From a virus (lineage: Duplodnaviria > Caudoviricetes), in IMG/VR virus record IMGVR_UViG_3300033076_000311, positions 1 through 41,665 of that record: a stretch of DNA of 41,665 nt. One strand, 5' to 3'. The position numbers and the translations under genes are program-made. The notes below the pieces were generated by a model. That model saw nothing but the letters and a program-made list of their open reading frames with translations. It was not told the DNA's origin and made no database searches. Each line of letters begins with the position of its first letter. The stretch's first letter is position 1. Positions 15,660 to 25,766 of this stretch are shown here, one piece after another.

Positions 15660-17834
15660 TTACTTCCCCAATTGAGCCTTCAAAGCTTCTACTTCGGCAG
15701 ACAGCTCTTGAATGGCTTTGGTTAAAACAGCAATGTATGAAGGATAGTGAATCGTCTTAAATCCAATCTCATCCCCTACTTTCCAATCAGGTTCTTCATA
15801 AACTAATGATGAGCCATAGACACCTAGTTGCTCAACCTCGTCAGCAATAAACCCATAGCCTTTTTGATGCTTTGGATCAGCCTTCAATTTATATGAGACA
15901 GGTCGAAGTTGTTTGACAAATGCCAAGCCAACATCAGCGTCTTGGATTTCTTCTTTTAAACGAACGTCAGATGGGCTGGTTGTCTGAACTCCAAACGTAA
16001 CTGTATTGCCAGAGGCAGTTGTTCCAACATAAGCTCCAGCAATCCCAGTAGAAGTAGAGCCAAGCAAGTTTATGTTGTTACCACTTGCTGTAGCAGAACC
16101 ACTGTTTGCAGTTGCGGTGGTCATCACATTGTTTAATGTTGTCCAACCCGATCCGCTTAAATAATAAGCACTTCCTGGGGCTGTACCCGTCATGTCAGAC
16201 GTTGCCAACGTTACAGCGCCTGTTCTAGTATTGAAACTAGATACACCAGCAGTGATACTGCTTGTTAATTGCCAAGTTCCATCACCACGAAGGTAATAAT
16301 TTGTAGGAGATGAAACAGGAGGAGGATCAATTGTTGTCGCTCCGTATTTCATCTTGCCACCAGCAATCTCTAAAGATATGCCAGTTGAACTTGGGTTATA
16401 TGTTGTTAGACCAACGCCAGTACTAAATGTTGTAGAGAAGTAACCACCATAAGAGCTACCTTCGCCAACAACACCAATTCCTCCTCCAGATCCTCCACCA
16501 TTCCATCCAAATCCAGTTACACCTACGTTGAATTGACCAGCAGATGTTCCAGATGCAGCGCTTGCTCCATAAATGCCTGTGCGTGATGAACCAGTTGCAG
16601 GATTAGATGAGCCATCAGCAAAAATAGATGGAACTAATGAATAAATAGTTCCAGCCACACGAACAGCATAAGTTCCACTGTTTTGACCTGCAAACTTTCC
16701 TTGGCCTGACGTATCAATGTTGGCACGGAAAATTCCGTTATTGAAGAACACGTCACCAGTGCTTTGCTGAATGTAATACCCAGCCGTACCGTATGTTGCA
16801 GGTGTTCCATACGTTGGAGGCGTACTGCCGTTCCAGTTGTCAGAACGAATGTCTTGAAAGATGGACGCAGCAACAGGGCCTGTCCACGCCGTGGTGTTAG
16901 GAGCAACTCCATTGATTGTTGAAGACGAGCTGTTGTACTGGCCTTGCAAATACCAAAGGACTTGACCAACAGACACCGTTGGAGCTGTCAATGTCCAACC
17001 ACTTGGAGCTGTAGCACCTGTAGTTGGCGTTGTAAATGTTGGTGTACTTGCTGACTGTGACTGAACTTTGTATGCCGTCAAAGCAGACAAGCCATTAGCA
17101 CCAGCAGTACCTGAAGATCCATTCTTTGAGAAAGAATAGATTGGATACGATGTGTTTGTCCAATCAAGCGTTGATGTCGCCACATTGGCATTGACAGTCA
17201 AATGGATAGTAATCGCCCACAGATAATCACCAGCAGTTGTGTTGCTTGGAATTGTTGTAGACCATCCAGATGGAGCTGTATATACACCTGTATTCCAATA
17301 GTACGTTGTTGTCGTAGTTGGTCTAGCAGGAGGTGTCGAACTTGATGTCCATTGATAGATTGTTGGATCTGCGTTTTGATAGATAGTTACCGTAGTAACA
17401 ACATCCAAATCAATAGCGCCAGTACCTGTTTGTACATACGTCGAATCAGGAGCTGACGTTGCAATTACAAAGTAGATCTGACGACCACCAGCCACTTGGT
17501 AGTACAAAAACTTGGTAGTACCAAAGCCGCCACCAGCTACCTTGTACCAAATGTAGTCAGCAGGATTTGTTGATTCAACGCTAGAGTTGCTGTTGTTTAC
17601 GCCGTAGTAAGCTTTGTTTGTTGGGCTATCGCTAAACCCTGACGAACCATCAAAGCTGTCTGCATACTTGATAGCCAAGTACTTGTACAAGTAAGCAACA
17701 ATAACGCCACTAGGTCCACTAATCTGACCTGTGTTTGGATCGGCAGCAAGGTTAGCTCCAAAGTTAGCCAACAAATAGTTGACTGCTTCGGAAATCTCAC
17801 TTAGCTCTGGCGATGAATCAAGCGCAAATGGCAT
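15660..17834 (-). CDS. tail fibre/spike with C-terminal intramolecular chaperone (peptidase S74)
   Basis: SDVRLKEEI...LRPVSY...GFIADEVE plus terminal coiled coil; Ser/Thr/Gly-rich body. Confidence 0.85.
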   Translation of the reverse strand: MPFALDSSPELSEISEAVNYLLANFGANLAADPNTGQISGPSGVIVAYLYKYLAIKYADSFDGSSGFSDSPTNKAYYGVNNSNSSVESTNPADYIWYKVAGGGFGTTKFLYYQVAGGRQIYFVIATSAPDSTYVQTGTGAIDLDVVTTVTIYQNADPTIYQWTSSSTPPARPTTTTTYYWNTGVYTAPSGWSTTIPSNTTAGDYLWAITIHLTVNANVATSTLDWTNTSYPIYSFSKNGSSGTAGANGLSALTAYKVQSQSASTPTFTTPTTGATAPSGWTLTAPTVSVGQVLWYLQGQYNSSSSTINGVAPNTTAWTGPVAASIFQDIRSDNWNGSTPPTYGTPATYGTAGYYIQQSTGDVFFNNGIFRANIDTSGQGKFAGQNSGTYAVRVAGTIYSLVPSIFADGSSNPATGSSRTGIYGASAASGTSAGQFNVGVTGFGWNGGGSGGGIGVVGEGSSYGGYFSTTFSTGVGLTTYNPSSTGISLEIAGGKMKYGATTIDPPPVSSPTNYYLRGDGTWQLTSSITAGVSSFNTRTGAVTLATSDMTGTAPGSAYYLSGSGWTTLNNVMTTATANSGSATASGNNINLLGSTSTGIAGAYVGTTASGNTVTFGVQTTSPSDVRLKEEIQDADVGLAFVKQLRPVSYKLKADPKHQKGYGFIADEVEQLGVYGSSLVYEEPDWKVGDEIGFKTIHYPSYIAVLTKAIQELSAEVEALKAQLGK

Positions 17835-19447
17835 TAGAACGCATCCTCAGTAACTGTCGATTGAAGGTTCATAGCCGTCACATTCCATGTGTCTGTAGCA
17901 TCGTTAGTGCCAAACTTGATGGAAATAGAACGGCTGGACTGCTGTTCGGTAGTCATCCAAGGGTAATCAGTGTCAATATCCATTACGCCTTGCTGACCAT
18001 ACGTTGGATTTCTGCCAACAGCGTTTGATCCACCAATAGTCAGATTCAGTTTGCCAGTGCCAGACACTTCAGGCAAAGTCCTGTGAACATACACCAACGA
18101 GCTGTACGGAACGCCTGAGCCATCAGCCATGACCAATGGCATGTTGTTACGCTCAAACTCAGCGTCAATAGCCGAGCCTACAAAAGAATTGCCAACACCT
18201 GTCTGAATCAGCTTGGAGTTAGCAACTTCGCCTTTTGCATAGACAACAGTACGTGAAGCAAGCTTGAAAGCGCCACCGACAACCTTTGGACCTTCTGTTG
18301 CCATACAAGCATTCTGAATGTCTTTAGGTGCATTCCAGATGTCCAAATCGTAACGATATGACAGCATCTTGTTACACCAGCCTGTTGATGTCAGGTCAGG
18401 GTAATAGATTTCGATCTGATACTTCTGAGTGTTGTTCACCATGAACACACGGTCATAGTACGTCGAATTCAGGTTTTTAAAGAAGTAATCTTTGACTCGT
18501 TGGTTACCAATCGAGTTGAAGTTAGAACCGTCAAACACCCAGATGTCACGCGCATCCAAACCATAGACCATTGCATCAGTGTTGGTCCAACAGTTGTTGT
18601 TCAACAAACCACGGCCTTGGTTAAACAGACGGACACCAAAGATTGGAGCTGTCGTGCTTTGGTAGGCAATCGGAGAGAAAACAACTGTATCCCAGTACGA
18701 GCAAACGTAGAAGTTAGCGCCAAGGAAAAAGCCGTCAATCAATGGACCACGAACAGGAACTTCTTGCTCGTTAGCCACGTTAGACAAAGTAGGTTCCCAA
18801 GTGCCAGGAATGCCGGTATTGGCAAACGCCTGTGACCAACGAACTGTGGTGGGATAGTTGTATTCAGTACCGCTGATAACCTTAGTCAAGTTACCGGCGA
18901 TCAAGATGTTGCCTACGTTTGGAGAGCAGTAGTTGCGTACAAACCCAGCACGGGTACTAGTTACGCCTACGTCATAGTTCCATTCAGCATCAGAAGTGAT
19001 CGTGATTTCGTTGCTTGTAGGCAAGAAATGCATAGGATTGTTGATCGTGTCATTGATGAAAAACACGTTACCAACCCACGAAGTTGTGATGTTCAGGTTT
19101 GCTGTGTAGCCAGCCAAATAAGCATTTGGGTCAGAACCAACACCAGGTGTGATGTTAGACACCCCCGCTGTAGTAACCATGTACCACTTCCCGTGGCTGC
19201 TAGAGTCACGGGTAGCTACGATGTAAACCCAGCTAGTTTCACTGCGAAAGCCACCTTCCATAAAGATAGCGCCAGCAGGAACAGCCGTCAAAATCTCTTC
19301 TTCGCCAAAGATTTTCTTGATGCCACGGACATCAGCTTCGACGTTTTTACCTGAGTTATATTCCATCGGGCCAAGGGCGTTGCTAGGAACGTCTGGCGTG
19401 AAGGACATCTTTGAAAAGGGGGAGCGCAGCCGCTGATAATCAGCCAT
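17834..19447 (-). CDS. tail nozzle/stabilisation protein (P22 gp10 / T7 gp12-like)
   Basis: Beta-rich, TVRWS and FDGS.F.SIGNQRVKDYFF motifs; position before the fibre and ejection genes. Confidence 0.65.
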   Translation of the reverse strand: MADYQRLRSPFSKMSFTPDVPSNALGPMEYNSGKNVEADVRGIKKIFGEEEILTAVPAGAIFMEGGFRSETSWVYIVATRDSSSHGKWYMVTTAGVSNITPGVGSDPNAYLAGYTANLNITTSWVGNVFFINDTINNPMHFLPTSNEITITSDAEWNYDVGVTSTRAGFVRNYCSPNVGNILIAGNLTKVISGTEYNYPTTVRWSQAFANTGIPGTWEPTLSNVANEQEVPVRGPLIDGFFLGANFYVCSYWDTVVFSPIAYQSTTAPIFGVRLFNQGRGLLNNNCWTNTDAMVYGLDARDIWVFDGSNFNSIGNQRVKDYFFKNLNSTYYDRVFMVNNTQKYQIEIYYPDLTSTGWCNKMLSYRYDLDIWNAPKDIQNACMATEGPKVVGGAFKLASRTVVYAKGEVANSKLIQTGVGNSFVGSAIDAEFERNNMPLVMADGSGVPYSSLVYVHRTLPEVSGTGKLNLTIGGSNAVGRNPTYGQQGVMDIDTDYPWMTTEQQSSRSISIKFGTNDATDTWNVTAMNLQSTVTEDAF

Positions 19448-20993
19448 CTTCATCCTCTGTCATTTTGACCAGATTGGACATCAATCGTGCGTCTTTAGGA
19501 TTAAATTCTAGTGCTTTTTCACAAAGCGTGATTGCCTCTTTTTTGCGGCCCAAATGCCATGCAGCAATGCTTGCCAAGTCGTAAGGCTTCTCAGTCCACA
19601 CGGATGGGTCCATCGTATAGACCAAGGCTTTATCCTTGATTCCCAATGACTTCTGAGCAGCAAAATAGCACTGATTCCAATCAGACAGCATGTAGCTAAA
19701 CATAGCCAAATCAACCCAAGGCTCACGTGTGCCTGGCGCTTCAGCGCAAGCCGCCATGTACCACTTTAGAGCTTCGCTATGATTTCTCAAATGTTCATAG
19801 CTTTTGCCTAAAAGACGCATGGCATAGCAACGCTCGTTAATCCATGTTGCCCCATCCATTTCAAGGTACTTGTGCAAGTAGGTAACAGCCTCATGCCAAC
19901 GACCATAGAACGTCAGTTCACGAGCATGGTAAAAAGCATTACGTGGGCAGGTTGGATCTTCTTTGATTGCCAGCTCAAGGAGAGGCATGTATTGACCACG
20001 GCTCTTTGTTGGATCGGGGTGGTGGCTGACCAGTAGCATGTCCGTGTGAGCATATATCTCGTTAGTCCTGCCGTCAGGACGTGGATATTCGTGGACAGGG
20101 TGATGCCAGTGGTAGCCGTGACGGTGGTGGATTTTTTCGTAGAAGAACGAAATGCCACAACCCCAATCAAACTTATAGCGCAAACGGGTTGTATTGCTTT
20201 TCCACACGCGCTCAATTTCTTCACGCCAGCCAGGCTCAAGCACTTCGTCAAGGTCTAACGAGATGCAGATGTCGTAGTCACGGGGAATTAAAGAGAGAGC
20301 CGCATCCCGCGCTTTGTCAAACCGCCAAGGGCTGATGCAAATTTCGGGTACTACGGCTCCGTAAGATTTTGCAAAGGAAACTGTCTGGTCTGTCGAACCA
20401 GTATCAGCGATGAGAATCATATCTGCATCTTTGGCAGAAGTGCAGAATCTTTCTACAAATTGCTCCTCGTTTTTACTGATTGCATATACGGCAATTTTTA
20501 GCTTGCGGTACACATAAACACCGATCTCGTTATCAATCTTGTACTCAGATGGAGCGCCAAACAGCTCAACAACTTGCTCATGTGAATAGTCATCAACCAC
20601 ATGCTTTTCGTAAGGGTTACCTTCGTATTCGTCTTGAGGGTAGTAGCCTAGCGGGATACTGACAATGACTGTTTTGCAAGTAGCACGAAGCTTGTCAAGC
20701 AGACGTTTTGCGTCTTCAGATGACATGTGTTCTAGAACATCGCCAACAAACGCGATGTCAAACTCTGTGTAGTCAATCAGTCTGGCATCTTCACAAATCA
20801 CTTTGTCATAAAGTGATTCCAAGTTGTATTGGTCAATGTACTTTTGCCAGACCTCAACGGCAGTCCAATGTCCTTGTAGATTAGGAAGTAGCTTCCTGTA
20901 AGTTCCGCTGCCAGCACCAATGTCTACAATTTTCTTTCCTGTCAAATTCAAAGATTTGACGTACTCTTTACCTGATTCAGAACTGAATGGCAT
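19440..20993 (-). CDS. class I SAM methyltransferase - GT2 glycosyltransferase - TPR fusion
   Basis: VDIGAGSG and GDVLEHM; ISKNEE, DTGSTD, RFDKARD and DLDE (DxD); C-terminal TPR-like helices. Confidence 0.88.
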   Translation of the reverse strand: MPFSSESGKEYVKSLNLTGKKIVDIGAGSGTYRKLLPNLQGHWTAVEVWQKYIDQYNLESLYDKVICEDARLIDYTEFDIAFVGDVLEHMSSEDAKRLLDKLRATCKTVIVSIPLGYYPQDEYEGNPYEKHVVDDYSHEQVVELFGAPSEYKIDNEIGVYVYRKLKIAVYAISKNEEQFVERFCTSAKDADMILIADTGSTDQTVSFAKSYGAVVPEICISPWRFDKARDAALSLIPRDYDICISLDLDEVLEPGWREEIERVWKSNTTRLRYKFDWGCGISFFYEKIHHRHGYHWHHPVHEYPRPDGRTNEIYAHTDMLLVSHHPDPTKSRGQYMPLLELAIKEDPTCPRNAFYHARELTFYGRWHEAVTYLHKYLEMDGATWINERCYAMRLLGKSYEHLRNHSEALKWYMAACAEAPGTREPWVDLAMFSYMLSDWNQCYFAAQKSLGIKDKALVYTMDPSVWTEKPYDLASIAAWHLGRKKEAITLCEKALEFNPKDARLMSNLVKMTEDEDG

Positions 20994-21022
20994 TTCTTTT
21001 CCTTTACTTTGCTTTTACGATG

Positions 21023-22354
21023 TTAAATTGGTGTTGATGTTTTAGTCAATGAAGTCGTTGTAGAAATAGTACCAAATGTTGTTTGAGTTGTTGTACCTGG
21101 ATAAGAATTGCTAGGCAATATAGTTCCAGATGAATATGTTGATGTGGCAATTGACAAACTTGCATCTGAGCAAGTAAATGTATATCCACCAGCAGTAAAT
21201 GTGCCTGTAATGCCATTACTAATTGGCAACACAATTTGAACTATTTGTGTTGATGCAGTGCTAATTTGTGCATGAATTACAAAATTTGAAGAATTTATAG
21301 ATAGATTTCTGCCGTTTAATGCAACAGATGTGCTTATCATTTTTTGCCAAATAATTGTTCCAGATGTATCTAATTTAATAATCAAAATATTATTTTTACT
21401 GCTTACGTTTACATAGCCAACAAGATAAACATACCCGCCGCTATAAATGCACCTGCTTATAAATACACTGGTTGTTGTATAAATCCTTTTTTGAAATTGC
21501 AAAGTTCCACTTGTATCATATTTGCAAAATAAACATTCATAAATACTTCCATTGTATGTATAACCAGAAACATAAAAATAAACTGAATCTGTTGAAATTG
21601 AAGTAAATTGGTAATTTTGTGCAACGCTATCATATATTCCTCTTACCCAAGTATAAGAAGAACCAGTAGTTGGATATTTATATATTGCACATTTTGTTGG
21701 CTGTCCTGCTACGTTATTGCCAAAAAAACCAACTCCATAAGTATTTCCAGAACTATCAACATAACAAGCATTTATGCCGTTATTCAATCCAGTAACAGCA
21801 TAACCATTTGCGACAGTCCATAGAAGTAAACCACTTGAATTAAATTTTTGTATCAATGCGTATCTGTATGGAGTATCAATTACACCAACAACATAAATAT
21901 TTCCAGAAGAATCAACGCCACAATCAGCGTAATTAATGAAGTTTGTATAATTTTGCCCAATTCTCCAAGATAAATTTCCGTTTGAATCAAATTTGTAAAT
22001 ATTCGCTGGACCATAACCGCTAGAAAGTTGCCCCATATCAGAGCCAAGTGCAAATAAATTGCTTGATGAATCCAAATAAGAACCAGAACCAGAAGTTGTA
22101 TAAGCGGCTGAAATCTTCTTTTGAAAACGGATTGTTCCATCTGATTGAGAACTAAACAAATCCCAATAGGGATAACTATTAGTACCGTTAAAAAAAGTAT
22201 TAACAGAACTGTTTAGGTTAATGCCGGAAAAACCACCAGATGTAAGTGAACCATCTGAACTGCTATAAAAAATAACCAACCCGCCAATGTCACTTTTGGT
22301 CAAAAAGCCATAACTTCTAGCAGCGGCTGTGCCAATTGTGTTGGTCAAAGGCAT
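21023..22354 (-). CDS. beta-propeller repeat protein, putative receptor-binding/fibre tip
   Basis: Repeated DSSGNxYxxG and K[FYL][DN]xxGxxxW blades; AT-rich. Confidence 0.7.
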   Translation of the reverse strand: MPLTNTIGTAAARSYGFLTKSDIGGLVIFYSSSDGSLTSGGFSGINLNSSVNTFFNGTNSYPYWDLFSSQSDGTIRFQKKISAAYTTSGSGSYLDSSSNLFALGSDMGQLSSGYGPANIYKFDSNGNLSWRIGQNYTNFINYADCGVDSSGNIYVVGVIDTPYRYALIQKFNSSGLLLWTVANGYAVTGLNNGINACYVDSSGNTYGVGFFGNNVAGQPTKCAIYKYPTTGSSYTWVRGIYDSVAQNYQFTSISTDSVYFYVSGYTYNGSIYECLFCKYDTSGTLQFQKRIYTTTSVFISRCIYSGGYVYLVGYVNVSSKNNILIIKLDTSGTIIWQKMISTSVALNGRNLSINSSNFVIHAQISTASTQIVQIVLPISNGITGTFTAGGYTFTCSDASLSIATSTYSSGTILPSNSYPGTTTQTTFGTISTTTSLTKTSTPI

Positions 22355-22363
22355 GATGATTCC

Positions 22364-22810
22364 TTACGCAAATTTGGTTTGTGATGCAAGAACAGTATAA
22401 GTTGCAGATGCTGTTTTGATGATCGAATACGAATACACATCGGTTGCACTTGTATTGCCGGATGTAGGCGCTGTACCACCTTGCCATTTTGGTGTAACGC
22501 TTGTGCCATCAATAGTCAAAGCAGATGCGTAGTAAGCAGTAGCGCCTTGAGCAGCCATAAACACCAAAGTCAAACTTTCGCCTGTGTTCATGATTGAGTT
22601 CAAAGTCGTAGTGCTATCACCACGGATGTTTAATGTCCAGTTGCCGGTGGCAGACGTTGTGTAATACAACACGGATTGCGTCTTTACATCGTAGTTGATT
22701 GTGCCTGTAGCAGCAGTAGCAGATACGGTTGCAACCTCATTGGCTCCAACCAATGCGCCACCTGCGCTTAAATTGTCAGCAAATGTTGAGAGATTTCTTG
22801 CCAATGTCAT
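22364..22810 (-). CDS. virion structural/fibre connector protein
   Basis: Thr-rich beta protein; KWQGGTAP motif common in fibre proteins. Confidence 0.6.
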   Translation of the reverse strand: MTLARNLSTFADNLSAGGALVGANEVATVSATAATGTINYDVKTQSVLYYTTSATGNWTLNIRGDSTTTLNSIMNTGESLTLVFMAAQGATAYYASALTIDGTSVTPKWQGGTAPTSGNTSATDVYSYSIIKTASATYTVLASQTKFA

Positions 22811-22822
22811 AAGAGTTTCCTT

Positions 22823-23665
22823 TTACCAAGACCAAATAAATACTGCGCCATCGCCACCGCGACCGCCGTTTCCACCAACAGTTGTTCCCCTACCGCCACC
22901 ACCACCGCCACAGCCAATGCCGCCATTTCCTCCGTTGCCGCCAGAAGTACTTGTTCCACCTCCACCGCCAGAACCACCAACTCCGACCATAATTGGTTGA
23001 ATAAAAAGATAGCCATCACCACCATTACCACCAGCCGTTCCAGTTGTACCACCTGAAAGAGTTGGATATCCATAGTTTGCACCTAGAGAAAATCCAGCAA
23101 TTGTTGTAAGGTTAGCTCCACCAGAACCAGCAGAAAGAAAAGTTGTAACTGATGCTGGCATAGCAGTTGCTCTAACACTATTTTGTCCAGCAACAGACTT
23201 AAAAATACCAGAAGCACCAAAAAAATTATTTGAAGATGCAGCACCACCGGCAGTAGTACCAGAACCAGTAACGCCACCAGCCCCACCATTGGCAATTAAA
23301 AGCGTATATCCTGTACTATTTTTTGATTGATAAATTACAGATGATGCAGTACCAGCGGTTCCTGCCGTAGCTGTTGTAGTTGTTGAGCCAGCACTTCCAT
23401 TGCCTCCTAATCCAATAGAGATAAGCAATTGATCTGGGATAAAGATGGCAGGCCCAATCCATGAAGTATTAGCAGCACCGCCACCGCCGTTAGTTCCGTT
23501 ACCTCCACCAACGCAACCGCCAGAGCCTCCACCACCTGCCCCAATTAAAAGCATACGCACCATAGATGCGCCACGGGGTTTAATCCAATCACGGGTAGTT
23601 CCACCACCATAGAACTCTTGGTAGTTTGCGCCTTGCGGTGTTGGTGTATTGAAAATATCTAGCAT
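22823..23665 (-). CDS. glycine-rich domain fibre protein, paralogue C
   Basis: WIKPRGASMVRMLLIGAGGGG...GGDGAVFIWSW. Confidence 0.75.
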   Translation of the reverse strand: MLDIFNTPTPQGANYQEFYGGGTTRDWIKPRGASMVRMLLIGAGGGGSGGCVGGGNGTNGGGGAANTSWIGPAIFIPDQLLISIGLGGNGSAGSTTTTATAGTAGTASSVIYQSKNSTGYTLLIANGGAGGVTGSGTTAGGAASSNNFFGASGIFKSVAGQNSVRATAMPASVTTFLSAGSGGANLTTIAGFSLGANYGYPTLSGGTTGTAGGNGGDGYLFIQPIMVGVGGSGGGGGTSTSGGNGGNGGIGCGGGGGGRGTTVGGNGGRGGDGAVFIWSW

Positions 23666-23669
23666 CTTG

Positions 23670-24452
23670 TCACCATGTAATGATTACTATGAGGCCGTCA
23701 CCGCCATCGCCACCAACGTAAGTAGCAGCATTTGAATAACCGCCGCCGCCGCCGCTTCCAAATCCTGCTTTTTGGCCTTTAGGGTCTGGCGAGCCAATAG
23801 TTCCTCCAGCACCACCACAACTTACAATAATTGGTTGTAATTGAGAAGGAGCGCCGCTTCCAGTTGAAGCAACGTTAGATACTGAATATCCATAATTTGC
23901 TGTTGCTGTCGCATAGTTTCCAGCACTACCACCACCCAAAAAAGTTGTTGCAGATGCTGTTTGTGCAGTTGCAGAAGTTCCATTTTGTCCTGCAATAGAT
24001 TGAAAAAAACCAATACAAGAAAAATAATTTGATGAATCAGCAGCACCGCCTGTTCCAGCAACTCCAGAAGAACCAGTACCACGAACGCCACCATTAGCGT
24101 TTAATAATGTGTATCCACTATTATCTTTTTGTTGATAAACAACAGTACTTGCACTTCCAGAAAATCCGTTTCCTCCACCAAGAGCGCCACCTTTTCCTCC
24201 AAGGCCAACGTTAACTTGAAGTACATCTGGAATTAAAAAAGCAGGAACCATACAATTAGTAACGGCTCCAGAACCTGCGCCCGCACCAGCAGAAGTTCCA
24301 TCGGCCCCGCCTCCACCGCCACCAGCACCAATCAAAGTAAACCAGACGAACGAAGCGCCTTGTGGCTTAACCCAATCCGAAGTTGTGCCACCTTCTCTGA
24401 AGATTTGAACGTTTGCGCCTTGAGGCGTTGGGTAATTTATAGGATATGACAT
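23670..24452 (-). CDS. glycine-rich domain fibre protein, paralogue B
   Basis: WVKPQGASFVWFTLIGAGGGG...GGDGLIVIITW. Confidence 0.75.
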   Translation of the reverse strand: MSYPINYPTPQGANVQIFREGGTTSDWVKPQGASFVWFTLIGAGGGGGGADGTSAGAGAGSGAVTNCMVPAFLIPDVLQVNVGLGGKGGALGGGNGFSGSASTVVYQQKDNSGYTLLNANGGVRGTGSSGVAGTGGAADSSNYFSCIGFFQSIAGQNGTSATAQTASATTFLGGGSAGNYATATANYGYSVSNVASTGSGAPSQLQPIIVSCGGAGGTIGSPDPKGQKAGFGSGGGGGYSNAATYVGGDGGDGLIVIITW

Positions 24453-25124
24453 TTACCAGCTCGCTATTAAAACCATGCCGGGGCCGCCAACGCCATTCGT
24501 GAAACCACCGCCGCAGCCTATTCCACCCGGATAGCTCAACGATCCGCCAACTCCAACAATGATTGGTTGAGTTTGGAAGAATCCAGCATTGGTTGCGCCA
24601 CCAGCACTTGTACAGGTGTACCCGTAGTTTGAAGTAGCTGCACCATTTCCGCCGCCATTTAGAAAAGTTGTAGAAGACGCAGTTGATCCGCTACTGGCCC
24701 CAGCCTGCCCAGCAACAGATTGAAAAAATCCAGAAGCGGAAAATTGGTTAGCTGTCATTGCCGTTCCACCAACTGTAGAAACTCCAGCATTTGCTGTCAA
24801 AAGTGCAGTAGGGATTGCACCAGAATTTGAAACTCTTGCAGAAACAGTAGTGTTATTACCATTTCCACGGCCCGGTGCTACAACCAAAGAATCAGGCACG
24901 TGTTGCGCAGCTCCGTACCATACGGTTACAGCGCCAGAACCTCCCCCAGCGTTTGTGTTATCACCGTTGCCACCACCACCAATAAGCATCATATAGACAT
25001 GGCTTACACCTCTTGGCTTTATCCAAGTTTTTTGGTTTTGACCGCCAGATGTTGTTCCTCCGTCCCCATAAAAAGTCTGGATGTCACAGCCCTGCGGCTT
25101 GGCGATGTTGAACAGGTCGAGCAT
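24453..25124 (-). CDS. glycine-rich domain fibre protein, paralogue A
   Basis: WIKPRGVSHVYMMLIGGGG...GGPGMVLIASW. Confidence 0.75.
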   Translation of the reverse strand: MLDLFNIAKPQGCDIQTFYGDGGTTSGGQNQKTWIKPRGVSHVYMMLIGGGGNGDNTNAGGGSGAVTVWYGAAQHVPDSLVVAPGRGNGNNTTVSARVSNSGAIPTALLTANAGVSTVGGTAMTANQFSASGFFQSVAGQAGASSGSTASSTTFLNGGGNGAATSNYGYTCTSAGGATNAGFFQTQPIIVGVGGSLSYPGGIGCGGGFTNGVGGPGMVLIASW

Positions 25125-25126
25125 AG

Positions 25127-25318
25127 TTACTCAGTAGGTGTAGGCGCTATATACCATTCAGGCTGTGCAGCATCCATGCTTGTGCAGGTGTACTCCACTT
25201 TTTCCTCTGCACTCACAACATTACCGTCAGCACGATAAACGCTTTGGCAATTCCCGTCAATCAAGTGCATGAAACCAGTAGAGCCATCAACGAATTGAAT
25301 AGCAAACCATGTTTCCAT
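25127..25318 (-). CDS. small acidic protein, possible fibre assembly factor
   Basis: ORF track; GGAG SD; fibre-cluster position. Confidence 0.6.
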   Translation of the reverse strand: METWFAIQFVDGSTGFMHLIDGNCQSVYRADGNVVSAEEKVEYTCTSMDAAQPEWYIAPTPTE

Positions 25319-25319
25319 T

Positions 25320-25757
25320 TTAATAATCTCCAGCGATTGTTACGATAGAGTAACCAGTACCAGCAGAACCTGTTGATGTACCAAATGTAACGTACAACAA
25401 ATAACTTGGGTCTAAAGCAAAGTTCAATGGCAATTCAAACACGCTTGAAGCAGCAGTTTGAGAAAGCGTCACCGCTGGCAATGTGATTTCGTCATACAGC
25501 CAAGTGTTAGTTGCGCTAGTTGTAGTGCTTGAAGAAATAAAAACACGGCATACAGTCGCAGCAGGTGAGCCAACTGGTCGAAAACGAATCTTTTGAACGT
25601 AAGAACCGTTAGTACCAGCGGTGAACGCTTTGTATAAAGTACCAGAACCATCAAGCGCAGTGTTAGCAGTTGGGCCAACAACCAAGCCTGAGTTGTTTGA
25701 TGCTACTGAATCAACAGAGCCAACGATGGAATAAATGGGAGAGGTATTTGCGGGCAT
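25320..25757 (-). CDS. beta-sandwich-like virion protein
   Basis: AAGGAG SD; Ser/Thr-rich beta pattern; follows the collagen fibre. Confidence 0.65.
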   Translation of the reverse strand: MPANTSPIYSIVGSVDSVASNNSGLVVGPTANTALDGSGTLYKAFTAGTNGSYVQKIRFRPVGSPAATVCRVFISSSTTTSATNTWLYDEITLPAVTLSQTAASSVFELPLNFALDPSYLLYVTFGTSTGSAGTGYSIVTIAGDY

Positions 25758-25766
25758 GAAAACTCC

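Noticed and set aside
22823-25124. Diversity-generating retroelement or invertible shufflon acting on the paralogues
   Set aside because: No reverse transcriptase or invertase, no near-identical template/variable repeat pair, all copies in the same orientation
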